Source of the DNA: an uncultured Candidatus Saccharibacteria bacterium
GTDB taxonomy: Bacteria > Patescibacteriota > Minisyncoccia > Minisyncoccales > JANBVM01
Assembly (NCBI GenBank): GCA_964493485.1
Contig: CAZBMQ010000002.1
Location: forward strand, 45,335-109,334
Length of the DNA: 64,000 nucleotides
Direction of reading: 5' to 3'
The notes under the pieces are model-generated. The model saw only the letters and a list, made by a program, of their open reading frames with translations, did no database searches and was not told the DNA's origin. The position numbers were made by a program, and so were the translations under genes. Shown here one piece after another: positions 53,875 to 62,793 of the stretch. Numbering within the stretch: the stretch's first letter is position 1; each line of letters starts with the position of its first letter.

Positions 53875-54897
53875 CTATAATGGATTGTTTTTTGAAGGAT
53901 TGCCTATTTTTCTAAAAATAAAGTCTTTAAAGAAAACAGCGCCAAATCTTAATAGAATTGCCAGCCCTGCTAATGCAAACAGAAGCTCCGCAGCTCTAAT
54001 AATTATTGTAAACGCAGTAGCTGTTGAAAAACCTAATCCAAGCGCATTAAAAGCGAAGGCTTGAATTGCTTCATGAGAACCAAGAGCCGTAGGGATTGGG
54101 ATCATCGCAGCCAAATAGGTAAATCCAAGAATGGATAAAGCTGACAAAATAGAGGTTTTTTTTCCTAAAAAATCTATCAAAATCCATACCCTTATATACA
54201 TCACTCCTGCTCGAAGAAAAGAAACTGCAAAACTCCGCCACATTGCTTTTTTCTGAGGTTTAAAAAAAATAAAAATTTCTTTTTCTGTTTCTAGCGGCTC
54301 TTTATCTAAAGTGCCATCGAAAACTCTGCCAAATGTTTTTGCTATACTTTCTCTTTTAAAAACCTTGAAATAAAAAACAAAAATTCCAACTGCGAAAAAT
54401 AAAAATACTCCTCCAAATATTAACCCTAAATTCTTTGGGGGAAGTCCTATATTATAAAAAAAGAATAAAACACCAAATACAATAACAATTAAATTAGTAG
54501 TCCATTCCAACACTCTATCAATTATTATTGAAGCCATGGCTTTTGCCCATGTAATTTGTTTTTTCTCTTTTAACGCATATCCACGAAATATCTCGCCTGC
54601 CCAGAGTAATATAGGAGCCAAAAACATTACAGCAAAACCAGCCAAATATGATTTAAAAAGCTCCCAAAAAGAAATCTCCAAACCCTCTCCTTTTAATATC
54701 TCCTTCCATTTAAGGTTGCCAAGAAACATTATAATTAGTGTAAGAAAAAAAATTACTATTCCCTGCCATCCACTAAACACCAAAAAGGCTCTCTTTATCT
54801 CTTCAAATCCTACAAAATTGATAACCCATATAAAAAGACATATTCCTACTAAAAAGGAAATGAAAAACAATAGGATTTTTTTCATATCAAGTATCAT
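53875..54897 (-). CDS. UPF0104 / lysylphosphatidylglycerol-synthase-TM-region family membrane protein
   Basis: The polytopic N-terminus KKILLFFISFLVGICLFIWVINFVGFEEIKRAF is typical of the family. The likely start is Met5 (54885). Confidence 0.75.
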   Translation of the reverse strand: MILDMKKILLFFISFLVGICLFIWVINFVGFEEIKRAFLVFSGWQGIVIFFLTLIIMFLGNLKWKEILKGEGLEISFWELFKSYLAGFAVMFLAPILLWAGEIFRGYALKEKKQITWAKAMASIIIDRVLEWTTNLIVIVFGVLFFFYNIGLPPKNLGLIFGGVFLFFAVGIFVFYFKVFKRESIAKTFGRVFDGTLDKEPLETEKEIFIFFKPQKKAMWRSFAVSFLRAGVMYIRVWILIDFLGKKTSILSALSILGFTYLAAMIPIPTALGSHEAIQAFAFNALGLGFSTATAFTIIIRAAELLFALAGLAILLRFGAVFFKDFIFRKIGNPSKNNPL

Positions 54898-54921
54898 ATT
54901 CTAATTTTATATAATTTCTAA

Positions 54922-54957
54922 TTAAATAACAAAACACCCCAAGCATTTCTGGGGTGT
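54922..54957 (-). terminator. Rho-independent terminator after the protease gene
   Basis: Minus strand reads ACACCCCA-8 nt-TGGGGTGT followed by TTTGTTATTT. Confidence 0.65.
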
Positions 54958-54986
54958 CAAGTTATTAAAAACTTCAAATTCTATAA

Positions 54987-56966
54987 TTACTGGATGTAGT
55001 AATAATCTTTATTCGTAGGATATTCTACTCCATCTGCACATTTTACTTTATATACCGGCACATAAGAAGACCTAGATGTAACCTCCCAGTTTTCGTTATC
55101 CCCTGCGTCTTTATATTTATATACCGTCCTTCTGCCTATGAAATACCTGTAATTATTGTATTTATATGTCCCCTGAGCGCACTTACAGAATTTTTTAAGT
55201 TGACTTCTGTTTCTATAAAGATATTGATTTTCTCCACTCCAGCATAATTCTCCTGAAGAACAATCTGGATCATTAGAAGAATTACATTCAGGGCCACAGC
55301 ATCCATCATTTATACCGCAAGCTGGCCATATATTAACGCAAACATCTAAATCTTCATCACAGGAATCAGTCGTGCAAGACTCATTATCACTGCAGTCTCG
55401 TTGTGTTCCTACATTACATATTCCATTCATACAAACATCTTCTATGGTACAAAATTCTCCATCATCACAGCTCGTACCGTCTGGTTTATTTCTCTCTTCT
55501 CCAGTATCCAGCCATTGGGTGTCGGTAATATTATACTGACAATCTAAAACAGCATCGCAATAATAGTCTCTATATTCCTGCTCTTTTTGTTCTTTTTCTG
55601 TACATTGAGTGATAGAGACCCATTTAGTATTTCCTGTATCAAACCAGCCGTCTGCCTGACAATAATTATCATTTGTGGTATTAACACATACCCCATCTAC
55701 ACACGCATCAATAGTACATAGAATATTATCATTACAATCAGCATCTATAGTACATGCAGGTTGCTGAGGTTTAACAGCTAAATATGCTTCATAAGCATTC
55801 ACCACCCCAGCTCCAGTAATCTCTGAATCACATGTTACCTCTCTTTGTCTATAACAAGTATTTCCCCACCAGAATATACATTTATAACATTTGTTGGCTG
55901 GATCAGCTGTCTCATATAAAACATTTTTTATTTTATCTGTTGATAAATTAGAATCTGTTTCTAGTAATAAAGCAGTGACTCCTGAAACATGGGGAGCTGC
56001 CATAGAAGTGCCAGACATATAACCATATCCTCCAATTACTGAAGAATAAATACTAACTCCTGGAGCTAAAATGTCCAAAGCCTTTCCTCTACCAGACCAA
56101 TATGGAACATTGTTGCTGCTGTCCACTGCACCCACAGCAATTGCCTTTGAGGCACAACCGGGAGAAGAAACTCCTCTTCCGTCATTTCCTGCTGATACAA
56201 CAACAGTTAATCCCTGGTCCACAACCCAATTCACTTTTTGAGCCAAGGGATCATCATCACAGTTTTCTGAAGTGTAGCTTCCTCCTCCGATACTAATACT
56301 CATTACCTTGGCATCTGTCTCTACTGCGGCCTCCATCGCAGCTATCATATCATCTTCATAACATGCACCATCTGCATTGCATACCTTGTACATATATATC
56401 CCAGAATCAGAGGCTACTCCTTTAGAGTTATTGTCTTGAACTCCATTTGATGTAATTATCCCAGCTACATGTGTGCCGTGGCCATGATCATCTTCTGGAT
56501 AAGGATCGTTATTAACATAATCATAACCTCCAAGATAACTGTCTTTAAGTTCTGGATGGTCTGTATCTATTCCAGTATCTAAAACAGCTATCTTTATACC
56601 TTTTCCTGTAATTCCTTCAGCCCAAACTTTATCTGCTCCTATTTGTTTATCTGCATTAAGATCTGTAATATGGAAAACTCTTGCCTCTCTAACATTTAAT
56701 TCCGGCACAATCTCTTTCGGACATTCAAAAGAGGTTAAGTGGCTTAATCTATGTTTTATTAAACATCCTCTTTCTTTAATCGAATTAATAATGTCTTCAT
56801 TAACGCTGTCTATAATTACTCTTTCGTAAACTTCTCTGTTAAAAATATCCCTATCAGCAATAATCTCATACGCTCTTTTTATTTGATATGTATTAATTGC
56901 CAATGGAAGAGTGCCTGCCAATACTCCTACCATTAAGATAGGAAGAAATATTTTTCCTTTTTGCAT
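54987..56966 (-). CDS. Secreted subtilisin-like (S8) serine protease with a Cys-rich C-terminal region
   Basis: Signal/TM segment IFLPILMVGVLAGTL; catalytic triad blocks AVLDTGIDTDHPEL, HGTHVAG, GTSMAAPHVSG; and a C-terminal region of about 255 aa with many Cys in C.D..C..D.C..G.C repeats. Confidence 0.9.
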   Translation of the reverse strand: MQKGKIFLPILMVGVLAGTLPLAINTYQIKRAYEIIADRDIFNREVYERVIIDSVNEDIINSIKERGCLIKHRLSHLTSFECPKEIVPELNVREARVFHITDLNADKQIGADKVWAEGITGKGIKIAVLDTGIDTDHPELKDSYLGGYDYVNNDPYPEDDHGHGTHVAGIITSNGVQDNNSKGVASDSGIYMYKVCNADGACYEDDMIAAMEAAVETDAKVMSISIGGGSYTSENCDDDPLAQKVNWVVDQGLTVVVSAGNDGRGVSSPGCASKAIAVGAVDSSNNVPYWSGRGKALDILAPGVSIYSSVIGGYGYMSGTSMAAPHVSGVTALLLETDSNLSTDKIKNVLYETADPANKCYKCIFWWGNTCYRQREVTCDSEITGAGVVNAYEAYLAVKPQQPACTIDADCNDNILCTIDACVDGVCVNTTNDNYCQADGWFDTGNTKWVSITQCTEKEQKEQEYRDYYCDAVLDCQYNITDTQWLDTGEERNKPDGTSCDDGEFCTIEDVCMNGICNVGTQRDCSDNESCTTDSCDEDLDVCVNIWPACGINDGCCGPECNSSNDPDCSSGELCWSGENQYLYRNRSQLKKFCKCAQGTYKYNNYRYFIGRRTVYKYKDAGDNENWEVTSRSSYVPVYKVKCADGVEYPTNKDYYYIQ

Positions 56967-57076
56967 AGTGTAATGTTTAGATTAATCTAATTTTAAAATT
57001 AACAAATATCGACCACTAATAATTAGAAAGGTTTTTCTAAGAGGCTAGTTCATTTTAGTGTGCTCAGAGGAACTTG

Positions 57077-58096
57077 TCAATGAATTATTATTTTTGTACC
57101 TTCAACACCGCTTTTACTTAAAAAAGAGCTGAAACCATAATCTTTAAAGGTGTTTATTAATTTTAAGGCTTTGTCTTTATTGTCAAAAAGAACCAAACAG
57201 CATCCACCTCCCCAACCCCCAGTCGGCTTAACCCCTAAAGCCTTGTTTTTTAATGCAATCTCCACTATATTATCAAGTTTAGGGGTTGAAATCTTTAATT
57301 TTTTTAACTCTTTATAATATTCAACCATCAATTTCCCAAGCAAAAAAAGATTTTTAGAATTTAAGGCTCCTAGAGCCTTTTGAGAAATAATATCTAAAGA
57401 GTGTAAAATATCATCTACAAACTTAGAATTCTTTTTTTTCTCCTCTCTCACAAAAGAAACCATTTCTCCTGTCTGGGCTTCTTCTCCACTATCAACAATC
57501 AAAAGAGGTATTTCAAAGTTAATGTTTAAGGGAATGACTCCTTGGGACTTTTTGTACTTCAAATATCCCCCATAGGTCACTATAGTATTGTCTATTCCAG
57601 AAGGAGTCCCTCCATGAGCTAAAATATCTCCTAAAAAAGCGAAATCTGATATTTCTTTTTTAGATACATCTTCTTTTAATAGGCTCAACACTCCAAAAGC
57701 GACAGCTGAAAATACAGCTGAACTTGATCCTAAATTCTTGGGAATATCAGACTTAATTTCAATTTCTAAACCCCTGAAACCATATTTTTTAGCGATATCT
57801 CCAAGAATAAAAAAAACAGGGACAAGCCTATTTTCCTGATAAATCTCTCTTATCTTTTGGAACTCTTTGTTTGTTTTTAACTTATTAATTGTTTCAAATA
57901 AATCTAAAAGCTGTTTTTCCTGAAAAGAATTGGAAAGATCCAAATCAATAGATCTTACAGAAATATTCTCTTTATTAGAAAAAGAAACCTTTACATAACA
58001 TCTCTTATCAATAGTGCACGCAATCCCCAATTTATCATAAACCACAGCATGTTCCCCAAAAAGAATCACTTTGCCTGGTGATGAGGTAATTATCAT
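57077..58096 (-). CDS. mvk: Mevalonate kinase (GHMP family)
   Basis: Blocks GKVILFGEHAVVY, PKNLGSSSAV, KPTGGWGGGC. Confidence 0.85.
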   Translation of the reverse strand: MIITSSPGKVILFGEHAVVYDKLGIACTIDKRCYVKVSFSNKENISVRSIDLDLSNSFQEKQLLDLFETINKLKTNKEFQKIREIYQENRLVPVFFILGDIAKKYGFRGLEIEIKSDIPKNLGSSSAVFSAVAFGVLSLLKEDVSKKEISDFAFLGDILAHGGTPSGIDNTIVTYGGYLKYKKSQGVIPLNINFEIPLLIVDSGEEAQTGEMVSFVREEKKKNSKFVDDILHSLDIISQKALGALNSKNLFLLGKLMVEYYKELKKLKISTPKLDNIVEIALKNKALGVKPTGGWGGGCCLVLFDNKDKALKLINTFKDYGFSSFLSKSGVEGTKIIIH

Positions 58097-58845
58097 TTTA
58101 ATAGCGAAATAAGTCTTTGAGCGTTTTCAATAGCATAGCCATGGAAATCATTATTAAAATAACAATAAACAGAAAACTTCTTTAGCCATTTTTTGATTTT
58201 CTGAGAAAGAACTTTTAATTCTTCCTCTGAGTATTTCGAAGAAAATAAAGCACCTGGACCATGCATTCTTATATATACAAATTTGCCTGTTATTGCTTCT
58301 GCTTTGGGATATCGAGAAGAGTCAGCAATTACCCAAACTGCTTTATATTTTCTTAAAAGCTTATAAACTTGTTCGCTGCACCAAGATTTATGACGGAATT
58401 CCAAGACATAATTAATATTATATTTGTTATTTTTTTCTTGATATTTAAAAATAAGTTTTAAAAATCTTTCTAATCTCTCTTCATTCTCTTTTGTTAAATG
58501 AAAGCTAGGAGGAAATTGAAATAATATAGGCCCAAGCTTTTCTTTCAAATTTAAAGCGTTTTGAATAAACTGATCTAAGGCCTCTTCTATACCCCGGAGT
58601 CTTTTTATATGAGTAATAAATCTACTAGCTTTTACAGAGAATACAAAATCTTTTGGGGTAAATTTATACCAGTTTTGATAAGTAGTTGGTCTAGGCAAAT
58701 GATAAAAAGAATAATTGATTTCAGCTGTAGAAAAATATTTAGAAAAATGCTCTAACTTTTCTTTCGAAGACAAACCTTTTGGATAAAATATCCCATCCCA
58801 ATGAGAATAACTCCATCCAGAAGTCCCAATAAAAAATCTTGGCAT
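58093..58845 (-). CDS. DUF72 (UPF0759) family protein
   Basis: N-terminus IGTSGWSYSHWDGIFYP and the later FEFRH.SW block. Its stop overlaps the mvk start by 4 nt. Confidence 0.85.
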   Translation of the reverse strand: MPRFFIGTSGWSYSHWDGIFYPKGLSSKEKLEHFSKYFSTAEINYSFYHLPRPTTYQNWYKFTPKDFVFSVKASRFITHIKRLRGIEEALDQFIQNALNLKEKLGPILFQFPPSFHLTKENEERLERFLKLIFKYQEKNNKYNINYVLEFRHKSWCSEQVYKLLRKYKAVWVIADSSRYPKAEAITGKFVYIRMHGPGALFSSKYSEEELKVLSQKIKKWLKKFSVYCYFNNDFHGYAIENAQRLISLLK

Positions 58846-58858
58846 AAAAATCTTTTAA

Positions 58859-59629
58859 TTAATATTTTAAATTATGAGAGGGGAACTTTTCTTGAAGGAA
58901 GGAAGAAATCTTAGGCCCAATATAAGGTGAATCCCAACAATATTGATGCCCAGGAAGATAAAAAGCTCGAGAAAAAGAAAGATTCACCCCTGAAATTCTT
59001 GCTAAACCCCACCTAAATGGAGCTTTTATCAATGAAGATATTAATACTAATATCTTTTTTCTGGAGAGAGGATCTCTTCCCTCATTATCTAGGGAAATGA
59101 TATTTTGAGAATTTAAAGATTCCTCCCAAAACGGAACACCTACTTCAATAGCAAACACTTTGTCTCCGCCTTCTTTCTGTATTTTTTCCATTACCTTATC
59201 AACAAAGGCTGCGCCATTGGACAACCCTGTCATAATTATTTTGTTCTTTGGGTTGTCTTTTAAAAAATAATTAATTTCTTTTGCCAGTTGTGTAGATTGA
59301 GTTTTAAAAGAGTTAAAAAGCTCCCTCAATCCCTCTATCCTTCCCAAAAAACTGTTTTTTGTCCTTTTATAAGGAACAACTATAGACTTATAACCTAATT
59401 TATTTAAGGTTTCTTGAATTCCATCTACAATAGGTCTAAAATCATCGGCCTCTTCTAAAGGAGTATCCCCCCATCCTCCAGAATTAAAAATAACTACAAC
59501 CTTGTCTTGTGAAACAGACTCTAAAACATCTCTCAAGTGAGAGTTGTCAGGAAATTCTCCCGGAAGGAAAAGAAAAATAAAAATTAATATTGAAGAAATT
59601 GCGAGAATTCTTTTTGTTTTTTTAGGCAT
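58859..59629 (-). CDS. Exported alpha/beta-hydrolase-like protein
   Basis: N-terminal signal/TM segment ILAISSILIFIFLFL and a nucleophile-elbow-like GLSNG. The assignment is weak. Confidence 0.5.
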   Translation of the reverse strand: MPKKTKRILAISSILIFIFLFLPGEFPDNSHLRDVLESVSQDKVVVIFNSGGWGDTPLEEADDFRPIVDGIQETLNKLGYKSIVVPYKRTKNSFLGRIEGLRELFNSFKTQSTQLAKEINYFLKDNPKNKIIMTGLSNGAAFVDKVMEKIQKEGGDKVFAIEVGVPFWEESLNSQNIISLDNEGRDPLSRKKILVLISSLIKAPFRWGLARISGVNLSFSRAFYLPGHQYCWDSPYIGPKISSFLQEKFPSHNLKY

Positions 59630-59641
59630 CTTTTAATAATC

Positions 59642-60946
59642 TTAATAAAACTTTCTTTTTATCTCATCGAAAAACTGAAAACATATCTTATCATCGCATT
59701 TTTCAAAAGCCCATTCCCAAATTGGTGCGGCAAGAAAACTCTTTTTCTCTTCGTAAGAAAGGGCTTGAAGTAAAACTGCCAAAACATTAAGTTGAGATAG
59801 AAAATAACCTTCCGGAGTGCTCCTTGTTCTATATTCATCCCATAGTTGGATTATTTCTTTTTTAAACCCTCTATCTAATTTATTTGTTAGTTTTTCTAAC
59901 GCCTTTTTTTCATTTTGATAATCTTTAATAAATTTTTTTGTCTTTTCTTTTTTAGAAAGCCTTGTCCATCTCTCTAAAAGCTTTCTTCTTTTCTTTTTAT
60001 CTTTGGGTAAAATATCGTCATAAGGTGTAGTGTCCCCGGTATAAACAGCTGAAATTTCATGACACAATGCCATTTTCAAAAGCTTTTCTATATTATACTT
60101 TTTCTCCTTTTCACTTCCAAACACCCAAGCCATTAAAACCAGTGTAAAAATATGACCTGCCACAGTTTCTGGGTTTTTGACTTCTCTAATAACCCAATAC
60201 ATTCTTGGCATTTTTTTAAGTTTTCCTATATCTAAAAGAAATTCTAAAATATTCTCTAAGTCTTGATTCTCTTTTGATATCTTAATTTTTTTTCTATAAA
60301 ATTTCTTTTGAATAATCTTTAAGAAATCTAATAAGAGAGCATCCTCTGTTATCTCTTCTATTTCCTCCCACCAACCAACTACTGGGGTATCTTTACCACT
60401 CCCAAAATATTCAACAGCTTGAATCAAGGTCTCTATTTTATCTACCTGTTTTACAAACTTTCCCTCTTTTGAAACTCCTTTTTCATAATCAAACCAATTA
60501 GAAAAAATATCTCTTCTTAGTTTGGGTTTAAGATTTTTTATCAATCTTAACAATCCTTTCTTTTCTTTTTCAAACTTCTTCTTTCCTCTTTTCTCTTTTT
60601 CTTTTTTTGAAAGACGGACCCATTTTTTTAGTACTTCTTTTCTCTTTTTTTTGTCTTTAGGTAAATTAATATAATAAAAAAATGGAGTTACATCGCCTGC
60701 ATAGACCTCACAAAGGTCATGAGAAAGAGCTACTTTTATCGCTCTTTTTACATTTAAACCCCTTTTTGCGCTTAATATCCAAGAAGCTATTGCAACCCTA
60801 AAAATATGCTCTGCAATAGTTTCTGGGTTTTTTACATTCCTTAAAACCCATCCTGTGCGAGGAGTTTCCTTTAACTTGTTTATTTTAATTAAAAAATTAA
60901 GCTTCTCTTTCATCAAAATAAAATATGTTAGGTTTTTACCTAACAT
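59642..60946 (-). CDS. Tandem HD-domain (YfbR-like) phosphohydrolase
   Basis: Two collinear halves, each with PRTGW/PRMYW, ET(I/V)A(E/G)HIF, AL(S/C)H(D/E)..(E/A)VY(A/T)GD(V/T)TP and a Lys-rich KDKKKR... segment. The likely start is Met12 (60913). Confidence 0.8.
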   Translation of the reverse strand: MLGKNLTYFILMKEKLNFLIKINKLKETPRTGWVLRNVKNPETIAEHIFRVAIASWILSAKRGLNVKRAIKVALSHDLCEVYAGDVTPFFYYINLPKDKKKRKEVLKKWVRLSKKEKEKRGKKKFEKEKKGLLRLIKNLKPKLRRDIFSNWFDYEKGVSKEGKFVKQVDKIETLIQAVEYFGSGKDTPVVGWWEEIEEITEDALLLDFLKIIQKKFYRKKIKISKENQDLENILEFLLDIGKLKKMPRMYWVIREVKNPETVAGHIFTLVLMAWVFGSEKEKKYNIEKLLKMALCHEISAVYTGDTTPYDDILPKDKKKRRKLLERWTRLSKKEKTKKFIKDYQNEKKALEKLTNKLDRGFKKEIIQLWDEYRTRSTPEGYFLSQLNVLAVLLQALSYEEKKSFLAAPIWEWAFEKCDDKICFQFFDEIKRKFY

Positions 60947-60990
60947 ATTATGGCATAACTTCTTTCAATCTTCAATGAGGCACTTAAAAG

Positions 60991-61464
60991 TTAAGACAAA
61001 TCATATTTTATCTTTTTTATCTTATAAACCACTTTTATGGGAGAGGTAATTACCACCTCGTCTCCAATTTTATGTCCTAAAAGAATTCTGCCTACCGGAG
61101 AATCAGAAGAAATTTTCCCCTCGCTAGGATTGGCTTCAAGAGTACCCACAATCATAAATTCGTTGGTCTGTCCATCAGGCTCTTGTAATGTCACCGTAGC
61201 TCCTAAATCTACTACATTTCTTCTGTTTTTCGGTGGAAGCTTAATTAATTCTACATTTTTAAGAATATGCTCTAATTCAGCTATCCTTGTCTCTAAAAAA
61301 CTTAAATCTTCTCTAAAAGAAAGGTATTCTGGATTTAAATCTTCAGAATGTAAAATTCGAGGAGACTCTCCTTTTGTTTTAGCTAACTTAATTCTCTTTA
61401 AATCTTGATATTCCTTTTGAAGTTTTTCTAATCCTTTTTTAGTTAAATAAAATTTCTCTTCCAT
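60991..61464 (-). CDS. greA: Transcription elongation factor GreA
   Basis: N-terminal coiled coil (LTKKGLEKLQKEYQDL) and the C-terminal block ISSDSPVGRILLGHKIGDEV. Confidence 0.95.
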   Translation of the reverse strand: MEEKFYLTKKGLEKLQKEYQDLKRIKLAKTKGESPRILHSEDLNPEYLSFREDLSFLETRIAELEHILKNVELIKLPPKNRRNVVDLGATVTLQEPDGQTNEFMIVGTLEANPSEGKISSDSPVGRILLGHKIGDEVVITSPIKVVYKIKKIKYDLS

Positions 61465-61477
61465 AATTTAAAAATGA

Positions 61478-61505
61478 GACAAAAATAGCCTCTCGGCGAG
61501 AGGTC
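61478..61505 (-). terminator. Intrinsic terminator 14 nt upstream of the greA start codon
   Basis: Minus strand reads CCTCTC-GCC-GAGAGG followed by CTATTTTTGTCTCATTTTT. Confidence 0.5.
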
Positions 61506-61533
61506 TAGTAGCAAGCGGTTTGTTTTTTAAAGG

Positions 61534-61680
61534 TCATCTCTTCCTACTAAACCTCTCTTCTCTTTTTAATGATGTCATTGGAATAGAGATGCAAAAACAA
61601 CAGACTCTTAAAGTCCTGTCTGATATTAAAAGACTATTTTTTCCATCAATTCTTCGGTTCATAATCTCTTCAAAAAGCAT
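61534..61680 (-). CDS. Candidate leaderless 48-codon sORF / leader peptide upstream of greA
   Basis: Hand translation: ATG at 61680, 5 nt after a TATAAT, gives MLFEEIMNRRIDGKNSLLISDRTLRVCCFCISIPMTSLKREERFSRKR, with the TGA stop at 61536..61534. It falls below the ORF-track length cut-off. Confidence 0.3.
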   Translation of the reverse strand: MLFEEIMNRRIDGKNSLLISDRTLRVCCFCISIPMTSLKREERFSRKR

Positions 61681-61685
61681 TATTA

Positions 61686-61715
61686 ATTATAGTCAAAGCC
61701 AAAAAGTATTGTCAA
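61686..61715 (-). promoter_or_regulatory. Near-consensus sigma70 promoter driving the greA leader
   Basis: Minus strand reads TTGACA (61715..61710), 18 nt, TATAAT (61691..61686). Confidence 0.5.
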
Positions 61716-61770
61716 GTGCTTTTTATTTATTAAAAATTTGTTTAGAATTAATCAAGATATAATAAATAAT

Positions 61771-62793
61771 ATGTTAGAGTTCGACGGTTCCACATTGGAG
61801 GGAGGCGGTCAAATATTAAGAACTGCCATTGCTCTTTCTGCAATCCTTAAAAAGCCTTGCAGGGTTTTTAATATTAGAAAAGGAAGAAAAAAACCAGGTT
61901 TAGCTATTCAACATCTTTTGGGCATCCAAAGCCTAGCCCAACTTTGTGGAGGACAAATAGAAGGAGGGTTTTTAGGCTCTACAGAGATAATCTTTTATCC
62001 CGGTTCAGAATATAAAAGGAGTATTTCTATAAATATTCCAACTGCGGGAAGTATCACGCTTATTTTGCAGGTTCTAACCCCCCTTTCTCATTCTCTACCA
62101 TTTCCTATCGAAGTCAGCTTCAAAGGGGGAGCTACAGACACTTTCTTTTCTCCAACAATTGATTATTTCAAATATGTTTTTTCAAGAAATCTTGAAAAAG
62201 TAGGAGGGATGGTAGAAGTAGAAATATCTAAAAGAGGCTATTATCCAGAAGGTGGAGCTAGTGTTAAAGCAAAAATTCATCCAGCAAAATTCAAGCCCAT
62301 TAATTTAACAGAAAGAGAAGATTTTGAACAATTACTTATCTTTTCTGGAGCTTCTGCAACATTAAAAAATAAAAAAGTGGCAGAACGACAGATTATGGGA
62401 GTAAAAGAGGTTATTGGAAAACTAAAACTACCTATTAAAGAAAAAGTAAAATACTATGAAACAGATTGTCCAGGATCTCATATCTGCTTGGTAGCAGAAT
62501 TCAAAAATACAATTATAGGTGTGGATAACTTGGGGAAACTTGGAAAAAGAGCAGAAGATGTAGGAAAAGAGGCAGTCTTAGAATTATTAAAAGAAGAAAA
62601 ATCTAAGGCTTGCTTAGATAAAAATATGGGAGACCAAATTCTGCCATTTTTAGCGCTAATAAAAGAAAAGTCTAAGGTTACAGTCTCTGAAATAACTAAT
62701 CATTGCAAGACTAATATGTGGGTAATAGAAAAGTTTGGAATTGGAAAATTTGAAACAAAAAACAATTTAATCACCTGGCTTCCAACAGTTTAA
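61771..62793 (+). CDS. rtcA: RNA 3'-terminal phosphate cyclase
   Basis: Blocks LEFDGSTLEGGGQILRTAIALS and GDQILPFLAL, with the catalytic His retained in EITNHCKTNMWVIEKF. Start taken at ATG 61771, not the track TTG at 61738. A TATAAT at 61758..61763 lies 7 nt upstream. Confidence 0.9.
   Translation: MLEFDGSTLEGGGQILRTAIALSAILKKPCRVFNIRKGRKKPGLAIQHLLGIQSLAQLCGGQIEGGFLGSTEIIFYPGSEYKRSISINIPTAGSITLILQVLTPLSHSLPFPIEVSFKGGATDTFFSPTIDYFKYVFSRNLEKVGGMVEVEISKRGYYPEGGASVKAKIHPAKFKPINLTEREDFEQLLIFSGASATLKNKKVAERQIMGVKEVIGKLKLPIKEKVKYYETDCPGSHICLVAEFKNTIIGVDNLGKLGKRAEDVGKEAVLELLKEEKSKACLDKNMGDQILPFLALIKEKSKVTVSEITNHCKTNMWVIEKFGIGKFETKNNLITWLPTV

Noticed and set aside
61520-61762. 80-aa plus-strand ORF in the greA/rtcA gap; I also considered an SRP, 6S or RNase P RNA here.
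   Set aside because: The ORF has a TTG start, is low-complexity, and runs antisense to the promoter/leader structure. I looked for the SRP GGAA-tetraloop helix 8 motif and the RNase P GAGGAAAGUCC-type motif on both strands and did not find convincing matches.
61738-61770. N-terminal extension of rtcA given in the ORF track (MFRINQDIINN...).
   Set aside because: It starts at a TTG. The conserved RtcA N-terminus begins at the ATG at 61771 (MLEFDGS...), which has a TATAAT 7 nt upstream.
62640-62740. Possibility that RtcA is an inactive Rcl1-like cyclase lacking the catalytic His.
   Set aside because: I first mis-aligned the GDQILP block. The His aligning with the E. coli active-site His (..SCHLLTN..) is present as ..TNHCKTN.., so there is no evidence for inactivation.
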